A DNA stretch of 57,186 bases from an uncultured virus (IMG/VR IMGVR_UViG_3300031840_000546). Lineage: Duplodnaviria > Heunggongvirae > Uroviricota > Caudoviricetes. The notes beneath the pieces were generated by a model that did not search any database, was not told the origin of the DNA, and saw only the letters and a program-made list of their open reading frames with translations. Shown here piece after piece: positions 19,599-28,200 of the stretch. Made by a program: the position numbers and the translations under genes. Position 1 is the first letter of the stretch. Every line of letters starts with the position of its first letter. The stretch lies in the IMG/VR virus record IMGVR_UViG_3300031840_000546. The stretch is one strand, 5' to 3'.

Positions 19599-20045
19599 TT
19601 ATTTACCTCTGACTGCGGTTCCGAAGTAGAATCCAACAATCGTAACAAGAATCTGCCTATTCTCTTCAGTGTATAGGTAGCCTTCTACAGGAGTGTATGT
19701 TCTTACTTTCTCTTCACCGAACAAACCGAGCAAGTCCCATGGCTTATAGACTGTGGACTCATGCTCAACCACGGTGGTAACACCGTCGCTGTAAGCGATG
19801 ATGAATGGTGCAAGGATTGTACCAAACATGATACAAAGCACAATAAACCGACGAACCAGTTTACCTGCGTCAATTGAGACACGACTCACGGCAGCATCAG
19901 CATGTTCGTTTTCTTTTTCTGCGACTCCCATCGCCATCTTGAATCGTTCTTGATCCTGCGCACGACGTTCAGCCATCGCTTTAAATAAGAAACCAGTCGC
20001 GGAACCAGTCAGTAGTGATAAAAAATCAGGTGATAAAAAATCCAT
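19599..20045 (-). CDS. Membrane protein, holin-like (3TM type)
   Basis: Hydrophobic segments and C-terminal IVGFYFG motif; SD GGGAG. Confidence 0.5.
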   Translation of the reverse strand: MDFLSPDFLSLLTGSATGFLFKAMAERRAQDQERFKMAMGVAEKENEHADAAVSRVSIDAGKLVRRFIVLCIMFGTILAPFIIAYSDGVTTVVEHESTVYKPWDLLGLFGEEKVRTYTPVEGYLYTEENRQILVTIVGFYFGTAVRGK

Positions 20046-20057
20046 TGTGTTCTCCCA

Positions 20058-20288
20058 TTAGTACCCTAATAGTACGTTATATTTCTTCTTAAGTTCTTTT
20101 ACTTGTCTCGCTCGTCTTTGCTTTTCTAGTTGTTTTACTTTTTCTTTAAACTCTCTTGACCTACCATCAAGTTTTTTCTTTTTCTTACGAACCACAGGAA
20201 AGTCATCGGGCGGAGATCCAAGACCAGCGATTGCACCGCTTGATGCGGTGTTACCAATCTCTTCTTTTTTCTCTCTCCACGATTTCAT
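20058..20288 (-). CDS. Small basic hypothetical protein (T4-like conserved type)
   Basis: EEIGN.A.SG.IAGL....P.V.KKKK..LDGRS motif. Confidence 0.65.
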   Translation of the reverse strand: MKSWREKKEEIGNTASSGAIAGLGSPPDDFPVVRKKKKKLDGRSREFKEKVKQLEKQRRARQVKELKKKYNVLLGY

Positions 20289-20458
20289 TTACGTCTCCTC
20301 GAAACTTCCATTTTTCTTCTTCTTAGTTCTTCCATGAAGGTATCTCTACCATTTTTACGAGTAGTAGTAGGATTACTAGTCCTAATAGTTCGTCTAGGAG
20401 CAGGAGATCTACTTGGATTTACTCGTCTACCTTTATTTCCTCCGCAACCACAACCCAT
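20285..20458 (-). CDS. 57-aa Arg-rich peptide MGCGCGGNKGRR... (not in ORF track)
   Basis: Manually translated; SD AAGGAG upstream; stop overlaps the next ATG. Confidence 0.65.
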   Translation of the reverse strand: MGCGCGGNKGRRVNPSRSPAPRRTIRTSNPTTTRKNGRDTFMEELRRRKMEVSRRRK

Positions 20459-20846
20459 CTTTACTCTCCTTGTATTCTAACAATTCTTCCTTAATATCTA
20501 GGTTATGATGCTCTTTGACATAATCATGAAAAGCCTCTTCTACTAAATCACCGTCTGCACCAATCTTTTCAACTTCTTCACGAATCAATGCAAGACCAGC
20601 AGCGAACGTTGCTATTTGAGAACTACCGCCTGGAACCTTTGCTAATAATTTTTTAAGATTAAATACCAGTCGAGTAAATATGTTACTCGCTAATTTTTCT
20701 TCTCTTGTCTCAAGGTCTTTTTGTTTTTTAAGATAATTACCCTTAGCATCAATGATACCCAATTTAAACGCATCAGTTTTGTTGAAGGGAGTAACGAGAA
20801 GTTTGATAAATTTATAGATTACAAATGCATTTACTAATCTATTCAT
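20433..20846 (-). CDS. Conserved marine T4-like hypothetical protein
   Basis: YKFIKLLVTPF..TDAFKLGIID.KG...RLVFNLKKL motif. Confidence 0.75.
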   Translation of the reverse strand: MNRLVNAFVIYKFIKLLVTPFNKTDAFKLGIIDAKGNYLKKQKDLETREEKLASNIFTRLVFNLKKLLAKVPGGSSQIATFAAGLALIREEVEKIGADGDLVEEAFHDYVKEHHNLDIKEELLEYKESKDGLWLRRK

Positions 20847-21231
20847 TTCTCAATCCCCCTAACTTTTTAACTATGCTTAAATCGATTGGTATATCATCAA
20901 TGTCTACCTCTGGTATATCATACTTTAAATCAGGTATGTAATTTAAATACATCAAAAATGTTTTTAGATAGGAATGTAGTTCTACATCTATTTTGAAAAA
21001 CAATATTCTTGATGCATTCACTGGTCCAAAAATGTTACCCAATATTATTATATGATTTAATATGAGTCTTTCTTTGAGTGTGCCTTTTTGGTGATACCTA
21101 CCAAAAAGTCTTTTCAAATATTTGATACGATTTAGATCCTCGTTAAAATCTTCTATGCTACTACACTGTGGATTAGTGTAGTGTTTCATAGCATAAAGTA
21201 AAAAGGTCTGATCGTTCAATTTTTGACTCAT
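20839..21231 (-). CDS. Conserved marine T4-like hypothetical protein
   Basis: FLLYAMKHY.NPQC...EDLNRIKYLKRL...LKERLILNHII motif. Confidence 0.8.
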   Translation of the reverse strand: MSQKLNDQTFLLYAMKHYTNPQCSSIEDFNEDLNRIKYLKRLFGRYHQKGTLKERLILNHIIILGNIFGPVNASRILFFKIDVELHSYLKTFLMYLNYIPDLKYDIPEVDIDDIPIDLSIVKKLGGLRNE

Positions 21232-21737
21232 TATTCATTATCACGTTCCACTGGTGCAGGTCTTTCAAAGTCTGTATCTTTTGCTGGAACAGACTCTAAT
21301 CGCACGCTTAAAGCATAACCAGTGTCATTCTTTTGAACCTCTCCACGAAGAGACATTGAAAGACCACGAATACCGTCGTCTTTATAGAAACCCTGATTTA
21401 AATCATGGGTAGGCGTTGTACCGAACGATCCACCGTGTCTTGTGACAGGAAACTCAAATGTTCCTTCTGTCTGCACAAGATTATTATCAACTTGGAAGTC
21501 CAGTCCAACGATATTTAACTTCGCTCTCAGTTGATTAAACTTTTGAACAGGATCAAGACAACCCTCTTTGAAGTAGTTGTTCAAAAACACATTTACCCGA
21601 TATACCTCGGATTCCCTTTCGACGTTGTGGGTGCCTACATCTTGACTAATCGCACTCATGCTATCTCCACCGACAGCATTAGTGCCTAAAGCACCGTAGT
21701 CTTCCATGATTTGCTTAATGTCCTTAAATGATTTCAT
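21231..21737 (-). CDS. Hypothetical protein with capsid-targeting-like N-terminus
   Basis: Starts MKSFKDIKQIME. Confidence 0.65.
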   Translation of the reverse strand: MKSFKDIKQIMEDYGALGTNAVGGDSMSAISQDVGTHNVERESEVYRVNVFLNNYFKEGCLDPVQKFNQLRAKLNIVGLDFQVDNNLVQTEGTFEFPVTRHGGSFGTTPTHDLNQGFYKDDGIRGLSMSLRGEVQKNDTGYALSVRLESVPAKDTDFERPAPVERDNE

Positions 21738-21934
21738 TACTTAGCCTTTCTTGTGCTAGGCTTCTTGGGTTTACTTTTGGTGACGGTGGTTCCATCATCC
21801 CATACCCAGCCTTTAACGGTGTTTAAAAAGTTACCACCATTTTCTAAAGCAAAACGCTTTCTCCAGATTTTTCCAATTCTACCTTTTCTTTGGAAAACTT
21901 CGTTGGTGATGTCTGTTGATTTAAAGTTTGGCAT
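21737..21934 (-). CDS. Small basic hypothetical protein
   Basis: SD AAGGAG and a late promoter immediately upstream. Confidence 0.6.
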   Translation of the reverse strand: MPNFKSTDITNEVFQRKGRIGKIWRKRFALENGGNFLNTVKGWVWDDGTTVTKSKPKKPSTRKAK

Positions 21935-21950
21935 ATTCTTCTCCTTACTC

Positions 21951-21958
21951 TATTTATA
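21951..21958 (-). promoter_or_regulatory. T4-type late promoter
   Basis: TATAAATA on the minus strand just upstream of the SD of 21934. Confidence 0.7.
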
Positions 21959-22592
21959 CTTTTTTGTTCTGTCTGTTCAAGTGGACTTCGATTTGATCAC
22001 GAATTGACTCTAAACTATCGAGAACTTTCTTCTCTTGAATGTCATCGACTTTACTCATACTACACCACTGCACCGTAACGTATCCAATTATCCATGCACT
22101 ATTTCGCAGTGGTAATACACTAAAAGCCATTACGCTTGATGATTCAGCGAATTGTTTACAGTAAGACTCTGGACATTCACCGACCATATAAATTTTAGGA
22201 TCATTGTCTTTCACTTTGTTTATAAGTGGTAAGAACATAGTGATCATCTGATCTTTGAGTAGACCACCCTGACCAGATACACCAGAGTTAAGAGATTCGT
22301 GGGTACAAGTGAGTTTTTTCATGGATATTCCATCGACAAACTCACCCGTATTATGAAACTGAACGATCTGTGCGCGTGCTGAGTCTGTGTTGATGCGCAA
22401 CTCAGTCAATAATTCATGAACGTTGGAGTGTATGTCCCAGTTAAAAGACTTTGGTAAATCCTTATCGCCTACCACCTCACCTGATAATTTACCTCTTATA
22501 GATGGAAAGAAATAGGTTACAATTCCACCAATTAAGGCAGCGATCAACGCACCAAGTTCGTAGAAGTCTTGCACCTCAATAGCCCTCTTCAC
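21954..22592 (-). CDS. T4 holin T-like protein (single TM plus GAF-like domain)
   Basis: 212 aa, one N-terminal TM; C-terminal PL.N...IIGYVTVQW...LESIRDQI pattern resembles T4 T. Confidence 0.5.
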   Translation of the reverse strand: MKRAIEVQDFYELGALIAALIGGIVTYFFPSIRGKLSGEVVGDKDLPKSFNWDIHSNVHELLTELRINTDSARAQIVQFHNTGEFVDGISMKKLTCTHESLNSGVSGQGGLLKDQMITMFLPLINKVKDNDPKIYMVGECPESYCKQFAESSSVMAFSVLPLRNSAWIIGYVTVQWCSMSKVDDIQEKKVLDSLESIRDQIEVHLNRQNKKV

Positions 22593-25089
22593 CCACAGTA
22601 TTTTGACCTGGCGTGTCCTTGCGATACTTCTTCAATAAAGCATTTGTTCCTTCATCACCTGCACCATGCTCTTCGTTTTTATTATTATTACGACCACGAT
22701 TTGCATTTACTGACATCATTCGAAGATTCGATGGTGAATTGTTTTGTGGGTTTCCATCTTTATGATCAACATCTTTACCATCACCCTTAGCAGCACGACC
22801 GTTCTTGATCATCTCACGACGAGCAAGAACTCTTTTGGATCGGTTTGCACGTTGCTCAGGTTTACTGTGATAATTTTCATACTCTTTTTTGTAATCACGA
22901 TCATCTTTTAATTGTTTTCTCAGTGCTGCAATACGAGCCTTTGATGCTGCGAGTTTTTTCTCCATCTCAGCCTTATGTGCTAAGTTTGCTGCTTGTTTTT
23001 TCTTAATATCATCTAACTGTGACTGTCCTGACTGACGCTGTTTGAGTGCATCAATCCTTTTCTGGATCATATCTATTTTTTGTTGCGATGCTGCTCTCGC
23101 TGTGTCAACTGCTTTTTTTTTAAAAGTTTGCTCGCAGATGCCTTCTTTGATTCCTTGGTGTAAGAGTTTCTGGAAACTGGTTCGCTTTCGTGCAGTTGCA
23201 AAGTGAAGTGTAATTGTACCGTCTTTTTGTGTTTCTGATTTTTGCACCAGTTTTGACATCTTGCGACGATACGATGCATCCTTTTTCATGATCTGTTGCA
23301 TCTGTTTTTTCATCTTACCAGTCGGTGGAAGATTCATACGAAAGTTTGACGATGGAGCATTCAGACTACCAAGAGACGGTGTGCTAACGACTTTACGATC
23401 AGCCATCGCTTCTTCGACTGATTCCTTTTTCACCCCACTCAATGCTTTAATTTGACTGAGGTTTACTGTTTGACGGTAGTGCTTCTCTTGACCAGGCGTA
23501 AGTTTACGACTAGACTTGTCTCCACGAAGTGCAGCGACTCTTCTCTGTTTCTTTTTATAGAGATCAAAGTTATCCTTCTCTTTTCGCTTACGCTTTTGAG
23601 CAGGAGTTTCTCTCGGTCCAGACATCGCCTGTCTTAGTCCCTCATCTTTTTTTAGATTTTTGAGGTCTTGACGCAATCCTTCTTCGACCGAATCCATCAC
23701 ATCCCTAACATCAAGGTACATGTCGGATTGTGGATCATAGTATTTACCAGCCTTCTTGTCGTAATAGTAGATCAAGGAGGTCTTACGATTTCTGAATGGT
23801 CCCTCAAGACCTTCACGCTCACGATTTGGGAAACGATTACGATCAATGGGTGTCACGACTCGACCACCACGACCGATTTTTCCTTGTGCCTTCATTTTGT
23901 TGTAGTGTTGCTTTGCAGACATCTCGTCGATTTGAACGTCATCCTTGAGATTCATTTCATCCCAACCCTTCAACCATTGTTTCATTACATCATTCTTACC
24001 TTTACCTGATGCGAAACCTCTCAGTTTCTTAAGGTTTGGATCTTTAATAGGCTCTCGCTTTTTGCCTGCTTTGAATGCATTTTTTCCAAGCACCAATGCC
24101 TGTCTCAGCAATCTAGCGTCGTAGGCTGGAAGCGAGGATTCATCTAGTTCTGGATCATATGATGCCATTACATAGACCTTCTTATGACCTTTCTCCTTCG
24201 CAATCCTTTCTGCTTCTTTCTTTGCGTCTTTATATTTCATCTTGTTAGGAGACTGATACATAATATCATCGGGGTGAGTGGTGAAACCAAAGTACCAACC
24301 ACCTGTCTCATTTGGATTTGGTTTCTTATTGTGTGATGCCCGATACAGTTTATCGGAAACGATGCCTTCATCGAGTTCAACAGCCTCACCTAAAACCTTT
24401 AGGATTTTCTTACCAAGTTTCTTACCTTCGGGAGTCAATGAAGACATGTTCTTACGAAGGAAAGTCATAGCAGGAATAATCACACCGTCATTAAACCTAT
24501 CCAGATTCGCTCTGTTTGCCATCGGAGCGCCAGCAGATCCACCAGACATATTGATTGCAGATGCGAGTAAGTCTCTTTCTTTATCTGCTAACTTGGTAAC
24601 TTTTTTACTCACGATACTCATTCTAGGATCTTTTTTCTCTTCGAGTTTAACGGACTCTGCGAGTTTTCTACTTTTTGCCATCTTCATCGCACCATCTTTG
24701 GATGGGTGTGTTCCATGATACGAGAACATTTTGATGCGACCTCTTTTCGGATCGCTGATTGTTGCCATCATAAACTGGTCTTGACCTGCTCTACCCATAG
24801 CGGTAGGTCTTTTCATCACGACAAACTTCGAGTTACCACCCAATGTTGAGTTTGCAGACGCTACGATACCTTTACCTTGTTCGATGTATTTACGAATCAT
24901 GGGTGATGCATCCACATCAAATTCACTTCTGCTTTCTTTGAGTTGAGTTGCAGCCTTTTTAGGATCAACACCCTTATAATACATTTTTAATGCATCTACA
25001 GGATCTACAGTTTTATATGATCCACCTCGTTTTTTGAGTTCTTTCTCGAACGAGTCCATCCATTTCATTAGAGGTTTTCTATCTGACAT
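22576..25089 (-). CDS. Large modular basic protein with C-terminal HNH nuclease domain; candidate head-internal polyprotein
   Basis: RDYKKEY..YH..PEQ..NRS.R..ARR...GDGKDVDHKDGNP.NN..SNLR HNH; modules separated by LEE/LDE/VEE/IDE linkers. Confidence 0.7.
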   Translation of the reverse strand: MSDRKPLMKWMDSFEKELKKRGGSYKTVDPVDALKMYYKGVDPKKAATQLKESRSEFDVDASPMIRKYIEQGKGIVASANSTLGGNSKFVVMKRPTAMGRAGQDQFMMATISDPKRGRIKMFSYHGTHPSKDGAMKMAKSRKLAESVKLEEKKDPRMSIVSKKVTKLADKERDLLASAINMSGGSAGAPMANRANLDRFNDGVIIPAMTFLRKNMSSLTPEGKKLGKKILKVLGEAVELDEGIVSDKLYRASHNKKPNPNETGGWYFGFTTHPDDIMYQSPNKMKYKDAKKEAERIAKEKGHKKVYVMASYDPELDESSLPAYDARLLRQALVLGKNAFKAGKKREPIKDPNLKKLRGFASGKGKNDVMKQWLKGWDEMNLKDDVQIDEMSAKQHYNKMKAQGKIGRGGRVVTPIDRNRFPNREREGLEGPFRNRKTSLIYYYDKKAGKYYDPQSDMYLDVRDVMDSVEEGLRQDLKNLKKDEGLRQAMSGPRETPAQKRKRKEKDNFDLYKKKQRRVAALRGDKSSRKLTPGQEKHYRQTVNLSQIKALSGVKKESVEEAMADRKVVSTPSLGSLNAPSSNFRMNLPPTGKMKKQMQQIMKKDASYRRKMSKLVQKSETQKDGTITLHFATARKRTSFQKLLHQGIKEGICEQTFKKKAVDTARAASQQKIDMIQKRIDALKQRQSGQSQLDDIKKKQAANLAHKAEMEKKLAASKARIAALRKQLKDDRDYKKEYENYHSKPEQRANRSKRVLARREMIKNGRAAKGDGKDVDHKDGNPQNNSPSNLRMMSVNANRGRNNNKNEEHGAGDEGTNALLKKYRKDTPGQNTVGEEGY

Positions 25090-26408
25090 TACTTATCCTT
25101 TAAGGTTGCTATGTTTGTTCGGTTATTATATTTATAATCAGATACTCGTTTACCTGATCTTTTAGCCGCTCTGTCTTTCGCTCTTTCAGCCGCTGACATG
25201 CTATTTCTACCTTCACCCTTACTGGTGAGTTGTTGAGTTCCCTTTTTCAAAACGCCTCTTTTTTGTAGTGAACTTGTGGCGATAGCATATGCTTTATTCT
25301 TGTCCATACCTTTGTCCATCAGTTGCTTTACAAGTCTATCGAGAATCTCTGGTTCACGAAGAAATTGTTTACCTTCGTTTCGTGGAACACAGTTTGGGAC
25401 ACGCTTTCCACCCTTCATTTTGTAACCTCTTTGCACATGTGTTTTCCAACACTCACCAATAAACTCTTCATCCTGCTGAGAACTTTGGGGAGCAGGATTA
25501 CGAAGTTTTTGCAGTCGCTCTCTTTCCGCTACCTTTACCTTAGGCAGTAACTTCTTGGATAATTTATCAACCGCTGCTGATCTTTTAGCAAGTTGTTTAT
25601 CAAGTGCCACTCTTGCACCGATTGATAAGTCTTGGAACCTTTTACCACCCAACAGTTTTTGACGAAGTGTAAGTTTTGCTTTTTTACGAGCAATTTTTTC
25701 TAACTTACCTGTATCTTTGCGAAATCTTGCTTTACGTTTACGAATTCTTGCAAGTTTTGGTGCAAGTCTTTTCATCCTACGACCAATAGCACGACGTTGT
25801 GCAAGACTTACAACACGCTCACAGAACATCTCAAACTCACCATAATCAAACCAGTTTTCTTCGAGTGCTTCTTTTACATTCATAACTTTTTTTAGTTCCT
25901 TAAACATCTGTAAACAGTCTTTCTTTGATAACGACTTAGGACATCCGAGACGAAATGCATCATAATCATCTCTCGCTGCTGCTGCACGCATTTTAGATGC
26001 AGACATTCCTTTTGCTCCCTCTGCATCGGGATCTCTTGCTCCTGCACTTACCACCTTTAGATTGATTCCCATTCTCTTCGCTGATGCAGGGACAGATCTT
26101 TTTATAGACGCTAAACGATCACCACCAACAACCATCACGACCTCATCATGTTTCTTACCAAGCATTTCAATCGCATCAAACATGTTCTTTATTTTTGGTG
26201 AGTCTACAACCGTCACACCCTGAAACGCCTTTTTCATATACTTTGTCTTGGTTTTATAATCAAAAGGGTTTCTACTGGGGTCATTCGACTGACTTGCAAA
26301 CACAAAGACAGCATCACCACCAGCGATAGACTTGAGTTTATTAATCAATACATCGTGTCCCATAGTGGGTGGATTGAATCTACCATATGTAAATATTGCT
26401 CTGGACAT
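25089..26408 (-). CDS. Cytidylyltransferase-like (HIGH-superfamily) nucleotidyltransferase with basic C-terminal modules
   Basis: FTYGRFNPPTMGH, VVGGDR, SAGARDPDAEG..GMSASKMR. Confidence 0.85.
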   Translation of the reverse strand: MSRAIFTYGRFNPPTMGHDVLINKLKSIAGGDAVFVFASQSNDPSRNPFDYKTKTKYMKKAFQGVTVVDSPKIKNMFDAIEMLGKKHDEVVMVVGGDRLASIKRSVPASAKRMGINLKVVSAGARDPDAEGAKGMSASKMRAAAARDDYDAFRLGCPKSLSKKDCLQMFKELKKVMNVKEALEENWFDYGEFEMFCERVVSLAQRRAIGRRMKRLAPKLARIRKRKARFRKDTGKLEKIARKKAKLTLRQKLLGGKRFQDLSIGARVALDKQLAKRSAAVDKLSKKLLPKVKVAERERLQKLRNPAPQSSQQDEEFIGECWKTHVQRGYKMKGGKRVPNCVPRNEGKQFLREPEILDRLVKQLMDKGMDKNKAYAIATSSLQKRGVLKKGTQQLTSKGEGRNSMSAAERAKDRAAKRSGKRVSDYKYNNRTNIATLKDK

Positions 26409-26423
26409 ATTGACTCCTAATTG

Positions 26424-26431
26424 TATTTATA
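26424..26431 (-). promoter_or_regulatory. T4-type late promoter
   Basis: TATAAATA upstream of the SD AGGAG of the nucleotidyltransferase. Confidence 0.75.
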
Positions 26432-26458
26432 AAGAAAGAGGGCCCCGAAGGGCCCTCT
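26431..26458 (-). terminator. Rho-independent terminator (UUCG loop)
   Basis: AGAGGGCCC-TTCG-GGGCCCTCT-TTCTTT on the minus strand. Confidence 0.85.
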
Positions 26459-26463
26459 GAGCG

Positions 26464-26521
26464 TCTGCTCTCTCGTCTGTAAAAGAATCACCTCCTCCGA
26501 CTGTCTCCTACAGAGAGCAGA
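26464..26521 (-). ncRNA. Candidate hairpin RNA displaying an extended Shine-Dalgarno sequence in its loop
   Basis: Stem UCUGCUCU/AGAGCAGA plus CUGUAGGAGA/UCUUUUACAG (G-U pairs form only on the minus strand); loop CAGUCGGAGGAGGUGAU. Confidence 0.45.
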
Positions 26522-26531
26522 AGGATTAGGT

Positions 26532-26672
26532 TCACTTATTCCACGGAAATTGACCTTTGAGATACTCCCATAAAGGTTTACCGAACAACGCGCCTGCAAC
26601 GAACGTTAGAATAGGGAACCATAATCCGTCTAAATTTGGGATGGTTTGTACGTTAGTTGCTATGTCGTTCAT
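26532..26672 (-). CDS. 46-aa membrane peptide (not in ORF track)
   Basis: MNDIATNVQTIPNLDGLWFPILTFVAGALFGKPLWEYLKGQFPWNK; SD AAGGAG. Confidence 0.7.
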   Translation of the reverse strand: MNDIATNVQTIPNLDGLWFPILTFVAGALFGKPLWEYLKGQFPWNK

Positions 26673-26674
26673 GG

Positions 26675-27004
26675 TTATTCTCCTTTAATAGTGTAACCTT
26701 TGTATTGAGATCGTTTACCTTTCAGAACTTCATACATGGCTGCTCTGTTCAGTTCCCGATCTCTACAGTATTTAGAAAAGTTTTCTACCAGATCCTCTTC
26801 TCCGTTTGGATTTATTATAGAAATAATACGAGTCGCTGGTTCTTCTACTACCTCTGACTCTTTCCATTCTACATATCTTCCGTGTTTTATAAACTCACCA
26901 CCGAAGTGTTCTAAGAATATTCTTCTCCACTTCTTTTGCTTAGAGTCATTATTAAGTTTCTCCCACGTTCGTGTATGTTTTTTATTTACTTCTTCTTTTT
27001 TCAT
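26675..27004 (-). CDS. Small protein with a homing-endonuclease-type DNA-binding module (NUMOD/IENR-like)
   Basis: I.NPNGE...VEN.SKYCR...LN...MYEVLKGKR.QYKGY C-terminus; no nuclease domain visible. Confidence 0.6.
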   Translation of the reverse strand: MKKEEVNKKHTRTWEKLNNDSKQKKWRRIFLEHFGGEFIKHGRYVEWKESEVVEEPATRIISIINPNGEEDLVENFSKYCRDRELNRAAMYEVLKGKRSQYKGYTIKGE

Positions 27005-27006
27005 AA

Positions 27007-28200
27007 TTATCCTTTCACCCAATTCTTTGCTACTGTAAAGTTTGCTCTAGAAAATTCAAGTCGATTTACAAGTTTAACCACAGATCCCGAAGAACTTGCA
27101 ACAAATCCCTCATCACTTGTGACTTTGTAACCATCACTTGTACGAACGAACGTACGAAGTGTTTTTATATCATCTAGTTTTTTTAATATATGCAATACCA
27201 CGTTTTGAATATCCATGTTGCAACGAAATACATTTTGCAAATCACGACTCATAGATTTTATATTGTTCAGTATGATATCATTTGCGTCTTTTCTTTTTTG
27301 TTTACCACGCTCTGACTTCAGTTTACTAACCTCCGCATCGAGTTTTGCTTTTACGAATTTATAGAATTCACCTGATGATAAAACATATTTACCTTGTTTA
27401 ACTTTTGCGTTAACGTATATGTTGATCAGCGAGAATAATTTAGCGTTTTTCGCAAGTGCGTTCGATCCCTTTCTCGCTTTAGATGCAGATACTTTCGCCT
27501 TATTAAGTAACTTGACCGCCGTTTCATATTCCTTTGCAGTGAAGTTTGCCTTACCTGTTACGTCACGAAAGTTTGCATCATCAGCATATACGGAAGACGA
27601 CTTACCAAAGTCTGCACGACTCACATCAAATGATGCTTTCATATTTTGTAGATTATCACCTGTGTATTTTGTATGAAAGATTATACCAATCTTTGCTCTC
27701 TTGATTTGTTTTTGTAGGTCACCCTCACCAACAGCGTATGTAATTGTGTTGGGAGTAAATGTAAGAAATGATTTACCATCGATCTCTTTCGTTTCTGTGT
27801 CACCTGCACCAAAAAGAAAGTCACCCTGCAATACACCCTTGATACCGAGTGACGGTAAATGTTTCAGTGCCTCTTTGAGTTTATCAGCAAGACCACCACC
27901 ATGATTCCTGTCTATGTCTGCATTCGTATAGTTTATCTTAGGAGTTTTATTAAATACACTCTTCGTACCAACAAAGAACTTACCGTTCTCAGGATTGATA
28001 CCACAAAAGATTGCAGGCGCTCCGTCCCACTTACGAGTAAAATTTACTTTTGACTTTGCTTTACCCTTAAACATTTGTATGAGTGATGATAAAAATGCAA
28101 TCGATTCTGTGGTGCGTTTACCACCCTCGAATGCAAAGTCCGCTGCGTGCGTAAGGTGTGTATTCTTTTGCTCAGTAATATAGGTTTGAAACGTCATCAT
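27007..28200 (-). CDS. Conserved marine T4-like protein (DUF6267-like) with ligase-type nucleotidyltransferase motifs
   Basis: KNTHL.H, KWDGAPAI.CG..P..GKFFVGTKSVF, LQGDFL, DEGFV, VKLVNRLEFS; MTFQTYITE N-terminus. Confidence 0.8.
   Translation of the reverse strand: MMTFQTYITEQKNTHLTHAADFAFEGGKRTTESIAFLSSLIQMFKGKAKSKVNFTRKWDGAPAIFCGINPENGKFFVGTKSVFNKTPKINYTNADIDRNHGGGLADKLKEALKHLPSLGIKGVLQGDFLFGAGDTETKEIDGKSFLTFTPNTITYAVGEGDLQKQIKRAKIGIIFHTKYTGDNLQNMKASFDVSRADFGKSSSVYADDANFRDVTGKANFTAKEYETAVKLLNKAKVSASKARKGSNALAKNAKLFSLINIYVNAKVKQGKYVLSSGEFYKFVKAKLDAEVSKLKSERGKQKRKDANDIILNNIKSMSRDLQNVFRCNMDIQNVVLHILKKLDDIKTLRTFVRTSDGYKVTSDEGFVASSSGSVVKLVNRLEFSRANFTVAKNWVKG

Noticed and set aside
26409..27006. 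Group I intron with homing endonuclease
   Set aside because: Flanking genes are complete, the gap is explained by two small ORFs, a hairpin, a terminator and a promoter, and no intron core was recognised
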